NCBI GenBank assembly: GCA_015680685.1
Contig: MNCI01003240.1
Location: forward strand, 347,468 to 411,467
Direction of reading: 5' to 3'
Source: Gnetum montanum
Lineage: Eukaryota > Plantae > Gnetophyta
Length of the DNA: 64,000 nt
Below, one piece after another: positions 1 to 13,081 of this stretch (position 1 is its first letter; each line of letters starts with the position of its first letter). A model generated the notes under the pieces. It saw only the letters and a list, made by a program, of their open reading frames with translations. It was not told where the DNA came from and did not search any database. A program made the position numbers and the translations under genes.

Positions 1-36
1 CATGTCACATTGTTAATTGGTCATGCTTAATGCCAA

Positions 37-3000
37 GTTCAAAGTTGATAAGGAGGGCCTACATGATGAGTTTGATGCTCTAGCCTTGAGTCGTATTGCC
101 TTGGTGGTGTTCTCTTCTAGCTTAAATTTTTGGGTAGTCATACTTGAGTAGGTGGGATTTGATTTGAAGGTCTATCCCACCTAATACTCGAGGGCATATG
201 AGCAGTGTAGGATCCACGGCTAGTTGGATGAGGATTGGGCCACTAGTGTGATTAACACTAAGGAGATGCTTGCAGCGCTAACCCCATTTCACACCCCATT
301 TGTGCCATGTATGCATCCAAGCCTTAGCTCATGTTCTTGCTCATGTATTCCTATTATTTTTCCTTTTTCATGATGCTAAAATTATTTTTCCTTCATTGTA
401 GCAACAATTACTTCAAGCGAGGTGATGGTGGTCACCACAAGCCATACAAAGGCCACCCTTATCATGAAGTATGGCAATATGGAGGGTGCACAACACTAGC
501 TATTCCATAAGGCCTTAGATGCACTAATATCTAGGCTCATGCATGAAAGGTTGATGGACCTATTTTTTTCCCTTAGTTCAAGAATCTCGATGGAAAAAAT
601 GATCACCATGATTGATTCTTTTAGCGGTGACGTCAAGCAGTTTGTCACTTGAGTGTGCAGTGTGACAGTGGTGCTTGACCTCAGCAAGGCATTTTCTTCC
701 AACCTCTTTATCCTCCCCACTAATGGCCCAATGATTGTTGATAAGGACAACAAGTAGGTGGACCATAGAGAAGAGATCAAGAACTTTTTGGGAACCATCC
801 AATCTCATAAGGACATACCAATTAAGGATGTGCTTGTGCCTGAGGTGGGGGAGCTCTACCCTCTCTTTCGTGCTTGTGCTTTTTTGAAGTTGCTCTCCAA
901 AGGAAAGATCCTTGGGATGGAGTAGGCATAGATGATGAAAGGGGTACTATTGAAGTGCATGAGGTTCAACTAGGCTACATATATCACCATTGGCTTACAT
1001 GCGAAGATTTCTAGGCTGCAATTTAACACGCAGGTGAGGTCCCATGTCCACTTGGCATTCTTTGCAAGGTACCTATGGAGGTTCATGGATCTCTTGGTCA
1101 TGTGTGATTGTGGGCATTGGATGGTCTAGGACTATGAGTAGTTATCCAAACCATGGATCAAGCATCTATTTATGACCACATGGGCATAGGACCTCCCAGA
1201 GGAGATTGATGAGTCATTATTTGTAATGATTAAAGGTCCCATGTGGCAATCACATTACTTATAGGATAGCATAGGTGAGGGTCCTTCAGTTGGAATTGGG
1301 GACATGAACAAGGTAGACCACTATATTGTAGAGATGGTGGGATCATCTAAGGCAAATATTAAGAGGTCACATCTTGTAGAGAAGACTACCCTTGAGGTGG
1401 GAAAATTGAATGACAAGAAGATCTATATCAAGCTTCAAGGCTTGTGCATAGAGGTTGCATGTTAGTATGCATAACTTGTTAGATGCATTTTTTGTGTTAA
1501 TGTATGTTTATATTTTTATTTTTTCATTTATGCTATGCTATTAACTAGTACTAATGTCCTATGCATATGTGTTGATTGTAGAGACTAGAGAGAAGACTAC
1601 CAGAGCAATGATCAAGGTGGTAGCAGAAGAAGCACCTCCTCAAGCTTGGGAGGGGAAAGCTCATGGAGATGAGCTTCTTGAGGTAATAGATACCCTTCAA
1701 CAATTGGAGGAGGGTTACTTCACCTTGATGGGGGTGATTTTGATTACCTATTTGATGGTGTGTGGCTAGATGAACCCCCTACACTCACGCCTGAGAGCTT
1801 GCTAGGTAAGTCATTTGTGTTTCCATCTATTATTGCATTTTTCTCTAGCATATTTTGTTGTTTAGTTATATGTTGTTTGCATCATTATTTTATAGCATTA
1901 GATGTTCCCTCTAGTGGTCACACCTCTACCTACCACATGGAGCCATGGGTAGACATGCCTAATAAATTTTCCTTCATGGAAGAAATCATTGAGGACATGT
2001 TGGACCATTTACAATAGGTGGATCTCGAGATTGGTATATTTGCTATGTTGCTTTGCTTTATGTTGTTTTATCAATTGGATGTTTAATTCTTAGCTAAGAT
2101 TAATCACTTGTTGCATGCCAATAGGTTCTAAGCTATAGTGGGATTCAAGTAGGGTGGCAATGGTTGATGCTCTCCTTGACCTTCCTCTTGAGAATAATCA
2201 AGTGTCTCATCGCATGTACAAGACATCAAACAAGTGTGTTCTTTCCTATGTGAAGGCATTGTGGGTCTACAAGTGCTTGAATGAGCACCTGTGAAAATGC
2301 ATGCATAAGCTTCAAGAGAGGATGACCAACTAGGATACAAAGATTATCAACCTTGAATCTAGATATGACTTTTTAGCAGCTAGGTGATAAGGAGATAGCA
2401 CTTGGAAAACATCTAAGATAGAATATGCTGAATATTGGTCAACTCTTAGAGGCAGGAATAAGGCCACTTGGCAGGTGATAGAGTAACAGTTGTAGATGGA
2501 CATACTCATCCAAAAGAATCAAGATTAGAAGAATTATAGCACTAAGGTATACTTGTGGGGCCAAACATAGAAGAACCACAAGCATTGATATAAGTGTGAG
2601 AACGAATCATACCTATGATGGTATATGATGGAGTTTATTGAATGCCACTACCTTGAGATGTTTCTTGAGGCAATCAATGAGAGGCAAACATATGAGTTGT
2701 TTTTGTGGCATACAATGGTGAGTGGCTCTACTAAGTGATAGATTGTCACCCCTTTAGGGAAGGCTTCTTCTGCTACCTTCTTGATGGATCCACCTACATG
2801 GACCACCATGGATAAAGGCAAGATCCTTGTGGGGATTAAATTTGATCAAGAGGACTAAATGCAACTTTTTGAGGCTGAGATCCTCTGATGCTTGGAGGAT
2901 GATCTTGAAAATTTTCCTCTAGAAGACACTGATGTAGGATCCTCTTGGATTAGTTTTTATTTTTTTTTATGGTTTTTCATATTTTGGGTTAGCTTATGTA

Positions 3001-3150
3001 TTATAGGTTTTCTTCCTAACTAATCATTTTATTGTAGTTGTTGTAGCAGGTACAAAGAGATGCTATGAGCCGCAATGACATGGTGTGAGAGGAAGAGCTG
3101 CCACCTCCACCTAGTGCCACCAATTGAGCACAACCTGATGTAGCCCTACT
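37..3150 (+). pseudogene. Antisense multi-exon cargo gene of element A (exons 3-8; PMD/Transposase_32-like domain and helical C-terminus)
   Basis: Exons about 37-308, 402-1453, 1582-1805, 1896-2033, 2125-2948 and 3050-3150, separated by T-rich introns that are mostly GT..AG. Translations align with B, e.g. SRAYEQCRIHG*LDEDW vs SRAFERYHVHGWLHEDW, KMITMIDSF vs KMITIVDSF, PWVDMPNKFSFMEEII vs PWPKMPSKIDFVKGII. Point stops are present. Confidence 0.8.
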
Positions 3151-3354
3151 ACTAGGAATTTTTGCTATTTTTTTTGTATTTTGCTACTCATTCTATGTAC
3201 CACTATTCATAGGATATCTAATGCATGCATTTGCTACATGTGTAACGTGTAATGTGAAAAAATTTTATTATATTTTATGTTTTATTTGTTATGCATTTGC
3301 TATGGTTATCATACAATGAGTTAATATGTTAAGTCTACATGATGATGGTGTAAC

Positions 3355-3620
3355 TAGGCCATTGCAAGCCCCATGCTATTTTAAGGCCAAAGTGGGAGGG
3401 CCAATGCTAGTTTAAGGCCATTTCTAGTCACAATAATAGTTTAAGGCCATTCTAGGCCTAGTAGTAATGTAAGGCCATTCTAGGCCATGCATTGCCAGTG
3501 TAGGGCCATAGCTGGCCACACGTTGCTAGTTTAAGGCCATAGCGAGCCATAGGGACAAAATTACAAGTAATAGTTTTAGGCCATTTCAGGACCAGTAGTA
3601 GTTTAAGACCATTCTAGGCT
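3355..3620. repeat. Degenerate ~30-bp tandem array, core TAGTTTAAGGCCA
   Basis: About 8 copies such as gctagtttaaggccatt, atagtttaaggccattc and gctagtttaaggccata. Confidence 0.85.
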
Positions 3621-3903
3621 TAATATGTTGCTATCCCTTCTTTATGTAATTTTAGTTTTTATAAGTTTTATGTGTAGGCTAATAACTACTAAAGGGTAAA
3701 TAGAATGAATGTGTAAACTAAGAAAAATACATAAACAAAGCATAACCTAAGAAAAGTGCATAAATAAAGTAAATAAATGTGTAAACAAAGTAGAACAATG
3801 TGTAACCTAAACAATCAAGCTAAATCCAAATGTGTAAACAAATGTAATGTAAGCAAAAAAAGGTGAAATGCATGGTGTGAAGAAGTGAAGGGTAGGTAGG
3901 CAC

Positions 3904-4720
3904 CTAATGTGTTTCGAGCTAAGGGGATGCCTTAGTCATGAAGTTGTTTCCTAATTTGTTTTGGATTAGGGGGCATGTGGGGCCTAGACTATACTATGTG
4001 ATAGAATCCTTGACCTTCACTTATGATGTTGAAGGGAAACTCAACCCATAGAGCATCCTCTAGGAGGTCATCAACTTCATTTGCTTATTCAGGTGGGTTT
4101 ACCTCACACATTTCATCCTTATCCTTTACTATAGATGCATCATTAGGGAACTTGACCATTGACCCTCACTCTATGTCTATGTTGTTAATGGCTAGAGGGG
4201 CTACGTTGTCACTATGAGTAATAACCTCACTACCTTCATATGAAAGGTGGATTTCTTGATGGATTGGAGAGGAAATGGTCTATAATTTGGCCAACCAAGG
4301 CCCACCTAATATTAAGTTAAATCTTGGAATTTCAACTACAATGATGAATTCAACAATAGTGGGGAATTCTTACCCTACTACAAAGCTATTGTTATGATTC
4401 CCTTAATGATGATGTATGGTCTCTATTGGTCTGATCTAGTCAATGAGGCGTAGTTTGTCAATGATAGTATATTGGATGAAATTTTTTACCACACCATCAT
4501 CAACATGCACCCTCCAAATTTTACATTACCTAACATGTATTATAATGAACATGAATATTATTATGACTTAACCATTCTTACGGTTGACCTTGATTGCCTT
4601 ATCATGAAATGCTAGGGGTGTGGAGCTTAATTCCCATGGTGTAGGAGGAAATATAACAACATGGATGGAATGTCCTTTGTGATAGGAATAAAGGTCAATA
4701 GCTAGACTAGCACTTCACCA
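3904..4720 (-). pseudogene. Aspartic protease region of element A
   Basis: Minus strand reads IWRVHVDDGV near 4490-4520, and FNLILGGPWL..HQEIHLSYEG near 4240-4320, matching B's protease ORF. Confidence 0.8.
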
Positions 4721-7500
4721 TGGGTAGATGAGGTCATAATTAAGTCTTACAGGCTCAACATTTTGTTCTTCTACTTTAGCACTTACTTAACCTAGGCTAA
4801 TGCATCTAGAACATCCTTACCATTGTCTACTAATATGTTGGCCTTGACCTCCTCCATGTAGCCTAAGATATAAATCTCTCATAAAGGGGACTTAGGCTTG
4901 GCTTTCCTAGCCTATTTAGAGGCCTTAGTGCTTGGTTACGGCTTGTTGGTGGTGGCATTTTTAGTTACTTCAGACATAGGAACTATGGATAGGGATACTA
5001 ACTTTGGTGGACCTAGTACCTTTTTCTCTTGATGTTGTCATATCATCCTATTAGCTAGATTCTTGTTAGGCCTCCCAGGTTGCCACCCAGATGGTTTATT
5101 AGTGTTTTTGGCAAGATTGTCTCTTGGGTGGGAAGGAACTGAGGTGTTAGGTGAGGGGTCAACATGTTGTGTCATCCTAATGACAAAGGGCAAATGAAAT
5201 ATTACTGTCATGACAAGCTATGAAACCTTGACCATGAAGGGTGTTGTGGGTGCCTAAGATGACACTCTAATGATTAAAGCGAGCCTTAAACTCATGGAGG
5301 CCAAGGGGGCCCCTATGTTGCTAGAGGACATATGAACCAAAAATGGCTGCTACATCAGTTCTGGGTTGTCATCACTGTTGATGGCCTTAATGATGTAACC
5401 TACATCATCTATATTTAGAGGATCCTTGTATACCCTCATGGATTAGTTTTGAGGCCTCACTGGTTTGGTAGCATCGAGCACCAACTCACCTATGTCAATC
5501 ATTTGTTGTAGGTCATCCTTCAAGGCCATGAAAAAGTTAGTGTTGTGCCTAGGAAATTGGTGGTAGTGATAAAACATATGTAGCCTAAAGTATTTTAGTA
5601 TTGGAGGCTCATTCAAGGTCACTGATGTGGGGTTCCTTAGGAGCTCGTAGTATCTATCATGTCTTTTGCAAGTGTCCTCAGACATATGCTTGTACTGGAT
5701 ACGTCCAACCTTTAGCAATTGGTCCAACATTTCCTAAGGTTTAAGGGGTAGTGGAATATACTTTAAGTGGTTCTTGCACTCAAATTTGGTCCTCAAAGTG
5801 GGTTGCACTATGGCCCTTAATGCCATGGGCTAGTTAGTTGTTGTGCTAGAGTTGACAATTTTGTTATTGGCAAGGGCCTTGGGTGGCCTAGTTGTTGGCT
5901 TTGGATTACCCATTTCGGCCTTGTTGGCCATAGTTTCCATGGTTGTAGTTTACTCTACCTTGTCCTTGTTTTTTTTGGTATGTAAGTTTTTATACATTGT
6001 GTAGACCAGGTCCTTGCTAGCTTCCGCCACATCTTATATGCTTTTAGTTTGGGCAAAGGCTTGGCTCAGGGATTGCAAGGCTAGGTAGTTTAGTTTTGGC
6101 TTGATAAAGTCATTAACTACATCCTTGAAGATGGAAAAAAGATGTGTATCTACTATAGACTTGTGGATTTCATTTATTAAGGTGCTTCAGTGTTGGATAA
6201 ATTTCTACATGGTCTTTAGATGGTGCTACTTGATTTGCATAAGCTAGTCAAGGGTAGTTTCAAGCTTCAAGTTGTACTTGAAGTGCATGATGAACTAACT
6301 CAATAGATCTTACAAAGAGGAGATAGAGGAACTAGGTAACTCTTGGTACTAGTCTAGTGCCTTACTAGTCAATGATATGGTGAAAACACATATGATGGTG
6401 TGTGGCCATGTCTTCAGTAATAGGCACTCAAACTAGGTTATGAAGTGGGCATTGAGGTTCCTTTCACCATTGTACTTGGTGAATTAGGGTGGCAAGATCC
6501 TAATTGACAAAGTCAATGGTGGAATAGTAGGATTTATCAGGTCATCCTAGTAAAAGTCCACTACATGAACTATTTTGGTGGAGGCAGCCTTGAACCACTT
6601 AACATCTTCTGTTAGGGTTTGAATTAGTTGGAATGCTTGATATAGGTTGTGGGATTCTATAGTGGGATGCACTGGTTGTGCTACCTACTATGCTGGTTGC
6701 ATGGTAGATGACCTAGCTATAAGTTGTGGGATCATGTGATACACTTACTACGTTGGTTGTGTTGTGGGCATAGTGACTAGGGCTAGCCATGTGTGCATGG
6801 GTTGGACCACTACTAAGGATGCCGATGAGATAGGTAGGGCATAAGATGACTGAGTCATTTGGAACTGGGAGGCATGCATTGTGTGAACATAAGGCTAGGA
6901 AAGCATGATGGTTATTGATAAAGATGGCTAGGTGGTTTTTGAAAATTCCACAAAGGATAAGTTAACATGAGGTAGCACATCTTGATAGGTATGTTGCATT
7001 TGGTGTGTTGCTACAATAGGCATTGACCTAGAAGGTGATGTCGAGGCTATAACTATCTCAAGGAAGATAGGTGGATGGGATTTTTGGAGGGCCAGACTAG
7101 GGGTTATCCACTAGAAGGAGGTGTGAAAGGAATCCTCATACTTAGAATGAGCTTCAAACTCATCCTCTACCCCATGTAAGTGTTCCTCATAGTCAGTTCC
7201 TACTTTACACTTGTTTGGATAAGTTGAGCTAGGATACACCGGTAGGGTTCAGTAAGTGGGATGAAGTAAACGGAGGAGGGGACGTACTATCATTTTTTTT
7301 AGTGGAATAGCTTGTAGCCGCTTTTGGCTTCCATATCTAGGTGGTCTATGAATAGATCTACCTGAACCTTTGCACATATGAAGTTATATTACTCATCATT
7401 TAGTGTAGTATACTCAAGATCTTGGCCACACAACTTGAGGGATTTTCTTGGCTCTACCATGATAGGATTGGCAGGGTGGCCAATCTTGTTTTCTCATTTA
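4721..7500 (-). pseudogene. gag: gag of element A (decayed)
   Basis: ORF 5443-5730 (YHYHQFPRHNTNFFMALKDDLQQMIDIG) is a decayed Tat-type zinc knuckle. KYNGE near 6460-6480 is homologous to B gag. Boundaries approximate. Confidence 0.75.
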
Positions 7501-7934
7501 GTAGGCAAGATAGTGAGTGTTCTTAGGACTGATGCCCAAGGTTGTTTAGAATTCATAGTGCTGATTAAAAGTTATGAAAAAAAATGGCTAAGTCTAGAAA
7601 TTGTAGAAAAATGGCTAAGTCTATAAACTATAGAAAAAATGACTAACTCTAGAGAAAATGGCTAAGTATAAAGATTGTAAAAAAATGGCTAAGTTTAGAG
7701 ACTATGCTCTCTACACTAAGAGCTAACTACTCTCTCTATGAAGAGCTTAGAATTTAGCTAAGTGTAGGAATGAATTCTTTGGGGTTGCTATGTAGGATTC
7801 TAGGGGAACCAATGATAGGGTCTAGTGTATGCCAATAGGTTGGTAGATAACACTTGCACTAGCCTAAGATCCAACTACTACTGCATGTGGCAAGTCCATA
7901 GGGATGTTGGATGTATCCTAGCTCAAGCTAACAA

Positions 7935-9641
7935 TGTACTGACCTAAACCATTAATGTAAGGCTGGAAGGGAAAACAAATATCAAAAGATAGTTGGATAG
8001 ACACAACTAACATTGCCTTCACTTGAGGGCAAGCTGGAAAAAGAAACAAAGGTAGAGTGCCTTGGATGGTCTACATGCAAATCAACTAAGGACTTCCCCG
8101 AGCATAAACTATGGCCTGCACTAGGGTTATCATAACTAATGTTTGAAACATAAACAATGCACATGAAATGTAAATAGAAATGTAAAACTGGTATTGCAAA
8201 ATAAAACGTAAACTGAATGTAAAATAGAGTAAATAATATAATGGCTAGCAAAATGAACTATATTGTATTGCTTAGAAAAGATGTGTAGTAGGCAAAGCGT
8301 AGCTACATGTATGGATGATAGGTCAAGGGACAAGCCCCGGGGTGATGTGATGTGTTTCAAAAGTGCTTGGATGCTAGGAGTCAAGTGTGCCTGAGCACCC
8401 AAGGATTGCTAGTCTGAGTTTCCTAAGCCATCAACTTTCAAAATTGCCAACCCCATTTATGTGAATTGATAGGGTATTTATAGGGTTTGGCTAGGTTCAA
8501 TCATGGAATTCATGGATGAAATCAATGACTGAGAGATGAGAGAAAAACGGATCATGTGACATGTGTCCCATGGACAACAGTATGTGAGTTGGACATGCAC
8601 AGGAAAGCTACGTTCTTGACCAGGTGCATTGTATCTTACAACGTGTGTTAACCTAGTCAAGCTAGCTTACACTCATGAAAGCACATACAATTTAGAGTGT
8701 AAGAGCCTAACAAGCTTACAAATGAAAATTTACAATGAAATGATAATGTAAAACAAGAGAAATTAACTTTGGCTCGCTTGAAACTTTTGGATCTCTGAAA
8801 TGGCTATTGCAAGATGTCGATTTAAGTGATTTTGTGGCTATTTGAAGCATTTTTTCCTAATCAAGTCTTCCAACATGAGTTGATTTTTGTTTGGCATGTC
8901 CTCAGCGTGCTCATGCTACACTCACGCTATACTCATGCTGCCAGTGTGACCTCAGCATGAGTGAGGTAGAATGATGGATTTTCCACCAAATTTTAATTTT
9001 TGAAGCTTGATTCTTGAAGTGTGAGAATTTCTTGACTATGATTAACCTTGAGAATGATTTGAAAATTATAAATTGAGCCTAATATAACTTTTTTTAAACC
9101 ACTTTTGGGTGGCTCACGTTGGACTCACACTACTAGCGTGAGTGCAGCATGACCATAGCATGAGCTACAAAAACCTGCAATTTTTGGACTTGAAATCTAG
9201 AATTCTAGAGGCTGAAGTTTGAAGTTGTCAATAGTGAACCTTGAGGATGACTTGCACTTTGGAAATCAAGTCATTTTGACTGAATTTTGGGATCTAAAAT
9301 TTACTCACGCTGCACTCACGCTACCAGTGTGACCTCAGCGTGGGTAAGGAAATTTGCATCTTTTGATGCTAAAATTTGAATCCCTAAATTCTAAAGGTTG
9401 GAGTTGACATCAGTGGCCCTTGAGGATGGATTGAACCATTAGATTGGGCCATCCTTGACTTGATTTTGAAGCTATTGGAGTTACTCATGCTGAGGGAAAC
9501 CTAGCTCGACAACATGACCAAGTTGGCTCAAGCAAGCTGGGCGTGAGTTCCATGCCTTAGTCAAATTTTTTCTTCCAAAAGCTATAAGGTCTCTAGGCTA
9601 TTCTTGTTTCAAATTTCTAGGCCAAAATTATAGGTGTTTCA
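7935..9641 (-). repeat. 3' LTR of element B
   Basis: TGTACTGACC...GGTGTTTCA; direct repeat of 24895-26622. Confidence 0.95.
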
Positions 9642-9697
9642 TTGGTTTTTCTTTGTTGATTTCTGGAGAAATCCACCCAAGAGGCATCAACAAAGAA
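9642..9697 (-). other. PPT-like tract of B with overlapping inverted repeat
   Basis: Minus strand AAAGAAAAACCAA abuts the LTR. TTCTTTGTTGAT (9649-9660) is the reverse complement of ATCAACAAAGAA (9686-9697). Confidence 0.65.
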
Positions 9698-10829
9698 GTG
9701 CAAAACACCATGAACAACCAAGTACCAAGCATTAACCATTGGCCCTTGGCTGGACGTCATCGCACCGTGTTCAAAAGTACATGGGATTAAGGGAATGTAG
9801 TTTGAGATGCATGAGGATAGTTTGTAACCAGGGGAATCTAGGAGTTGATCAAGGGTTATAATTTCTACTAGGATTGTGGAGAGGAAATGCTCTCACAAGA
9901 ACAAGCTATATCTTTGATCCTTGTCAATAGACAGTGTTCAGTAGACTCGAAGCCAAGACATAGGAGGTGCATTCTTTGGAGAAACAAGACTCTTATAGAG
10001 TGTTTACGGGGCCCGTTGTAAATAGCTGAAGCCATGTGATGATGTGCGACATGATCTCTTTGAGATACAAGTGTAACTATTTTCCAAGATAATTGCCTTC
10101 TCACTTGGGGCTTGTATGAGAATAGCCAATAGTCTTTGGTTTATGGTGTCAACGGGGTCATGAAGACCTTTTCTGTGCATTTTTCTCTTTGACCTTTTTA
10201 TTCCTTTTCTTTTTTTTTTTGTTTCTTCTTTTCTTTTGTTTTTATTTTTATTTTTGTTTCTCGGTCTTTTTGAAAGAGCTTTCTTTTTGTGCTGTGCTTG
10301 TGTTCGAGCTCTTGCAGTTTGTGTCATGCATCATATACTCTGTTTTGCGTTGCAACTACTTAGAGAGTCAGAGCATGAAATAGTGTATCAAGGGCTTTGA
10401 GGTGAGTAGGATACAATGAATCTAGGGAATGTAATTGAATAGGATAAGGGGGCATGATGGGGAAATAGGGGATATATCAGGAATCGGAAATGTACTTATG
10501 AATGGATTGATTAACCTAGTTGCGTGTGTCAGGAAGAATGTGATACCTTGTCATCATGATGAAGTGCATCTATGCACGAACGCCTCAGGCATGTCATCCT
10601 ACAAACACAACTTCAAGAAGACAAGAAAAACACAAATTAAAGAGTTAACTAAGCACTTTTAAATAAAGATATGGAGCCATTGCGTGCAATTTTCAAATTA
10701 GATAGAATCATGAAGAACACCAACCTCATTAAAATCCATAAGAAAAATTATGTTGCAATTTTTGGTGGAACATGTACAACCAATTGTAGCAACACATCTT
10801 TTCAAGTTTTTCCTAGTCATTGATGATGT

Positions 10830-11250
10830 TACCGATTTATAGTGTTAGCGGACTATTGTGGGTTAGTTTCACATCATACCCCATTAGATGGTGCCAGTTT
10901 AGTGTCGTAGTGGATGGTGCGTTGCTAGTTTATAGTCATAGCAGACTGTGAAGAGGAAAACCAATTTATAGTCTTAGTGGACTCTAGATGCTAGTTGCAC
11001 GTCATGGTGGACAGATGTGGTAGTTTAGGGTCATACCAGATAGAGCTCTGTGGTGTTGGTTTATTGTCATGACTCGAGGACATTCTGTGGTATCAATTTT
11101 AAGTCATGATGCTGGGACTATTCTATGGTATCAGTTTTAAGTCATGATGCCAGGACTATTTTGTGGTATCAATTTTAAGTCATGATACCAGGAATGTTCT
11201 GTGGGATTAGTTTTAAGTCATGATGCCAGGACTGTTACGTACCTTAGTTT
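10830..11250. repeat. Tandem array downstream of B integrase (~30-38-bp units)
   Basis: Repeated agttttaagtcatgatgccaggact / agtttatagtc units. Confidence 0.85.
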
Positions 11251-11251
11251 A

Positions 11252-12450
11252 TTAGACATAGTACTGTTTTAGGTACAAGCGATTCATGGGATTAGCAAAG
11301 TTGTTCCCATCCATGTCAGCAAGTTTACATGCTCCATTATTGTATGGCTTGGTGACTAAGTAAGGCCCTTCCTAGTAGGCTGAGAATTTTTCTGGATGTT
11401 CATGGGCAGCTATAAGTACTAAGTCTCCTTCTTTGATGGGGTACTTGTGTAGATCGTGTTTGTGTCGTTGCCACTGTTGTTTCTGGTATCACTTGATTTG
11501 ATCAAGCATTCGCACACGTTCTTCCTCCACCGAGTCAAGGTCAGCAATGCATAGTTTATTGTTCTAACTTTCATCGAGGAGGCCTGAGAGAGCTATCTGC
11601 AATGAGGGAACCTGTAATTATAAAGGTAAAACAACTTCAAATCCGTACACAAGACTATATGGAGTTTTACCTATAGATGTTCAATGTATCATTCTGTATG
11701 CCCACAATGCGTAGAATAATTGTTCATGCCATCATTTCTTGCTCCAATGTAGCATCTTTTTGAGCACCATGATGATATTTTTGTTTATAGCCTCTACTTG
11801 ACCATTTTTCTATGGGTAGTAAGGTGATGAAAATGCATGTTTAATACCTAGGCTTTCATAGAAGCTTTTAGTATCTGCACTACTGAACTATGGCCCATTG
11901 TCAGTAACGATGGTCATCGGAATACCAAAATGAGTCACGATATTCTCTATTATGAAAGTGCAAATTTGTTTTAAAGTGGTCTTTCTAAGGGGAATATCTT
12001 CCACCCATTTTGTAAAGTATTCAATTGTAGTGATAATAAAGCTATGTCCTGCAGAGGATGATAAAGTTATTGGTCTAATTAAGTCTAATCCCCATTTTTG
12101 AAATGGCCACATGATTTGTGTTGTATGAAATTCATTAGGTGGAATGTGTATTAGGTTACCATGCTTTTGGAAAATTTCACATGTCCTAACCTTGGAGAAG
12201 CAATCGTACTCCATGTGTGGCTAGTAGTAGCCTAAGTGACTAATCTTTGTTGCCATTGCTTTGGGTGCAATCTGCCCTTCACAAAGTCCTTCATGGACTT
12301 GTTCTACAATTGTTTGACCATAGATGCTACTAACACACATCAACAAAATGCCTTCATATGATTTGCGACACAAGGTGTCTCTTATTAATGCATATTGCCG
12401 AGAGAATTTTCGCACGGCGTCCTTTTGTGCATTTGTCAAATGTTGTGGAC
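11252..12450 (-). pseudogene. pol: Integrase of B
   Basis: VHEGLCEG zinc-binding region; WPFQKWGLDLI; YFTKWVE; IVTDNG; C-terminus ...NPMNRLYLKQYYV* ending at 11252. Confidence 0.95.
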
Positions 12451-12457
12451 ATTTGCC

Positions 12458-13000
12458 TCATAGAAGGTACTCTTTTATGTCATCGTACCATTCTATTACG
12501 TGTGTTTTGCTAATGGATGTTATAATAATTTCATCAAGAGTGTTAAGTATGGGTTCGGCACACCTTGTTATAGAGCTAGGCAACGCATGGAACATTTCAG
12601 GTGTCATGTTTAAGGTTAGTGTAGCAAGTGCATCGGCAATGGTATTTTTGGCTCTAGGGACATGCTGTATATCCACTTCTACAAGTTTCCTTAGCAGATA
12701 TTTGGTTAGATCACAATGGGATTGCAAATGGAGAGCTTTGCATGCATAAATGTCAGTGACTTGATTGATGACTAACTGTGAATCACCTCAAACTATAAGA
12801 CGTGAGATTCTTGAAGTCAATGCTGCTTAAAGACCTTTGAGAAGACCTTCATATTTTGCCATGTTCTTGGTACAAGGAAAGGTCAATTGGTAGGTGAAGG
12901 GTTGGATTTCTCTAGAGGGGTATGTTAAAATGGTTGCAGCACTTCCTCCTTAGGAGGTTGAAGCTCCATTGAAGTAGAGGATTGCCTCGTAGTTGTCGGG
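12458..13000 (-). pseudogene. Additional (archaeal-type) RNase H, aRH, of B
   Basis: LYFNGAS near 12970, DSQLVINQV, and HVPRAKNTIADALA. It lies between RH and INT, as in Ogre/Retand. Confidence 0.9.
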
Positions 13001-13081
13001 TACCGTGTCTATACTATTAACAATCTCATCAAGGAACTTAGGGTTAACTATTGCCTGATCATGTGTTGGCAAGATAGCTAA

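Noticed and set aside
496-808. Minus-strand ORFs at 496-808 and 17414-17720 that resemble each other
   Set aside because: They are the antisense shadow of the conserved plus-strand exon 4.
7982-8660. ORFs repeated at 24894-25619
   Set aside because: The similarity is just LTR duplication; frames and lengths are not conserved.
10004-10383. Lys-rich (-) and Phe-rich (+) ORFs
   Set aside because: Translations of a T-rich low-complexity tract in B's 3' UTR; not conserved in C.
10830-11250. Repeat array resembling CRISPR
   Set aside because: Units are degenerate tandem copies without unique spacers; eukaryotic TE context and no cas genes.
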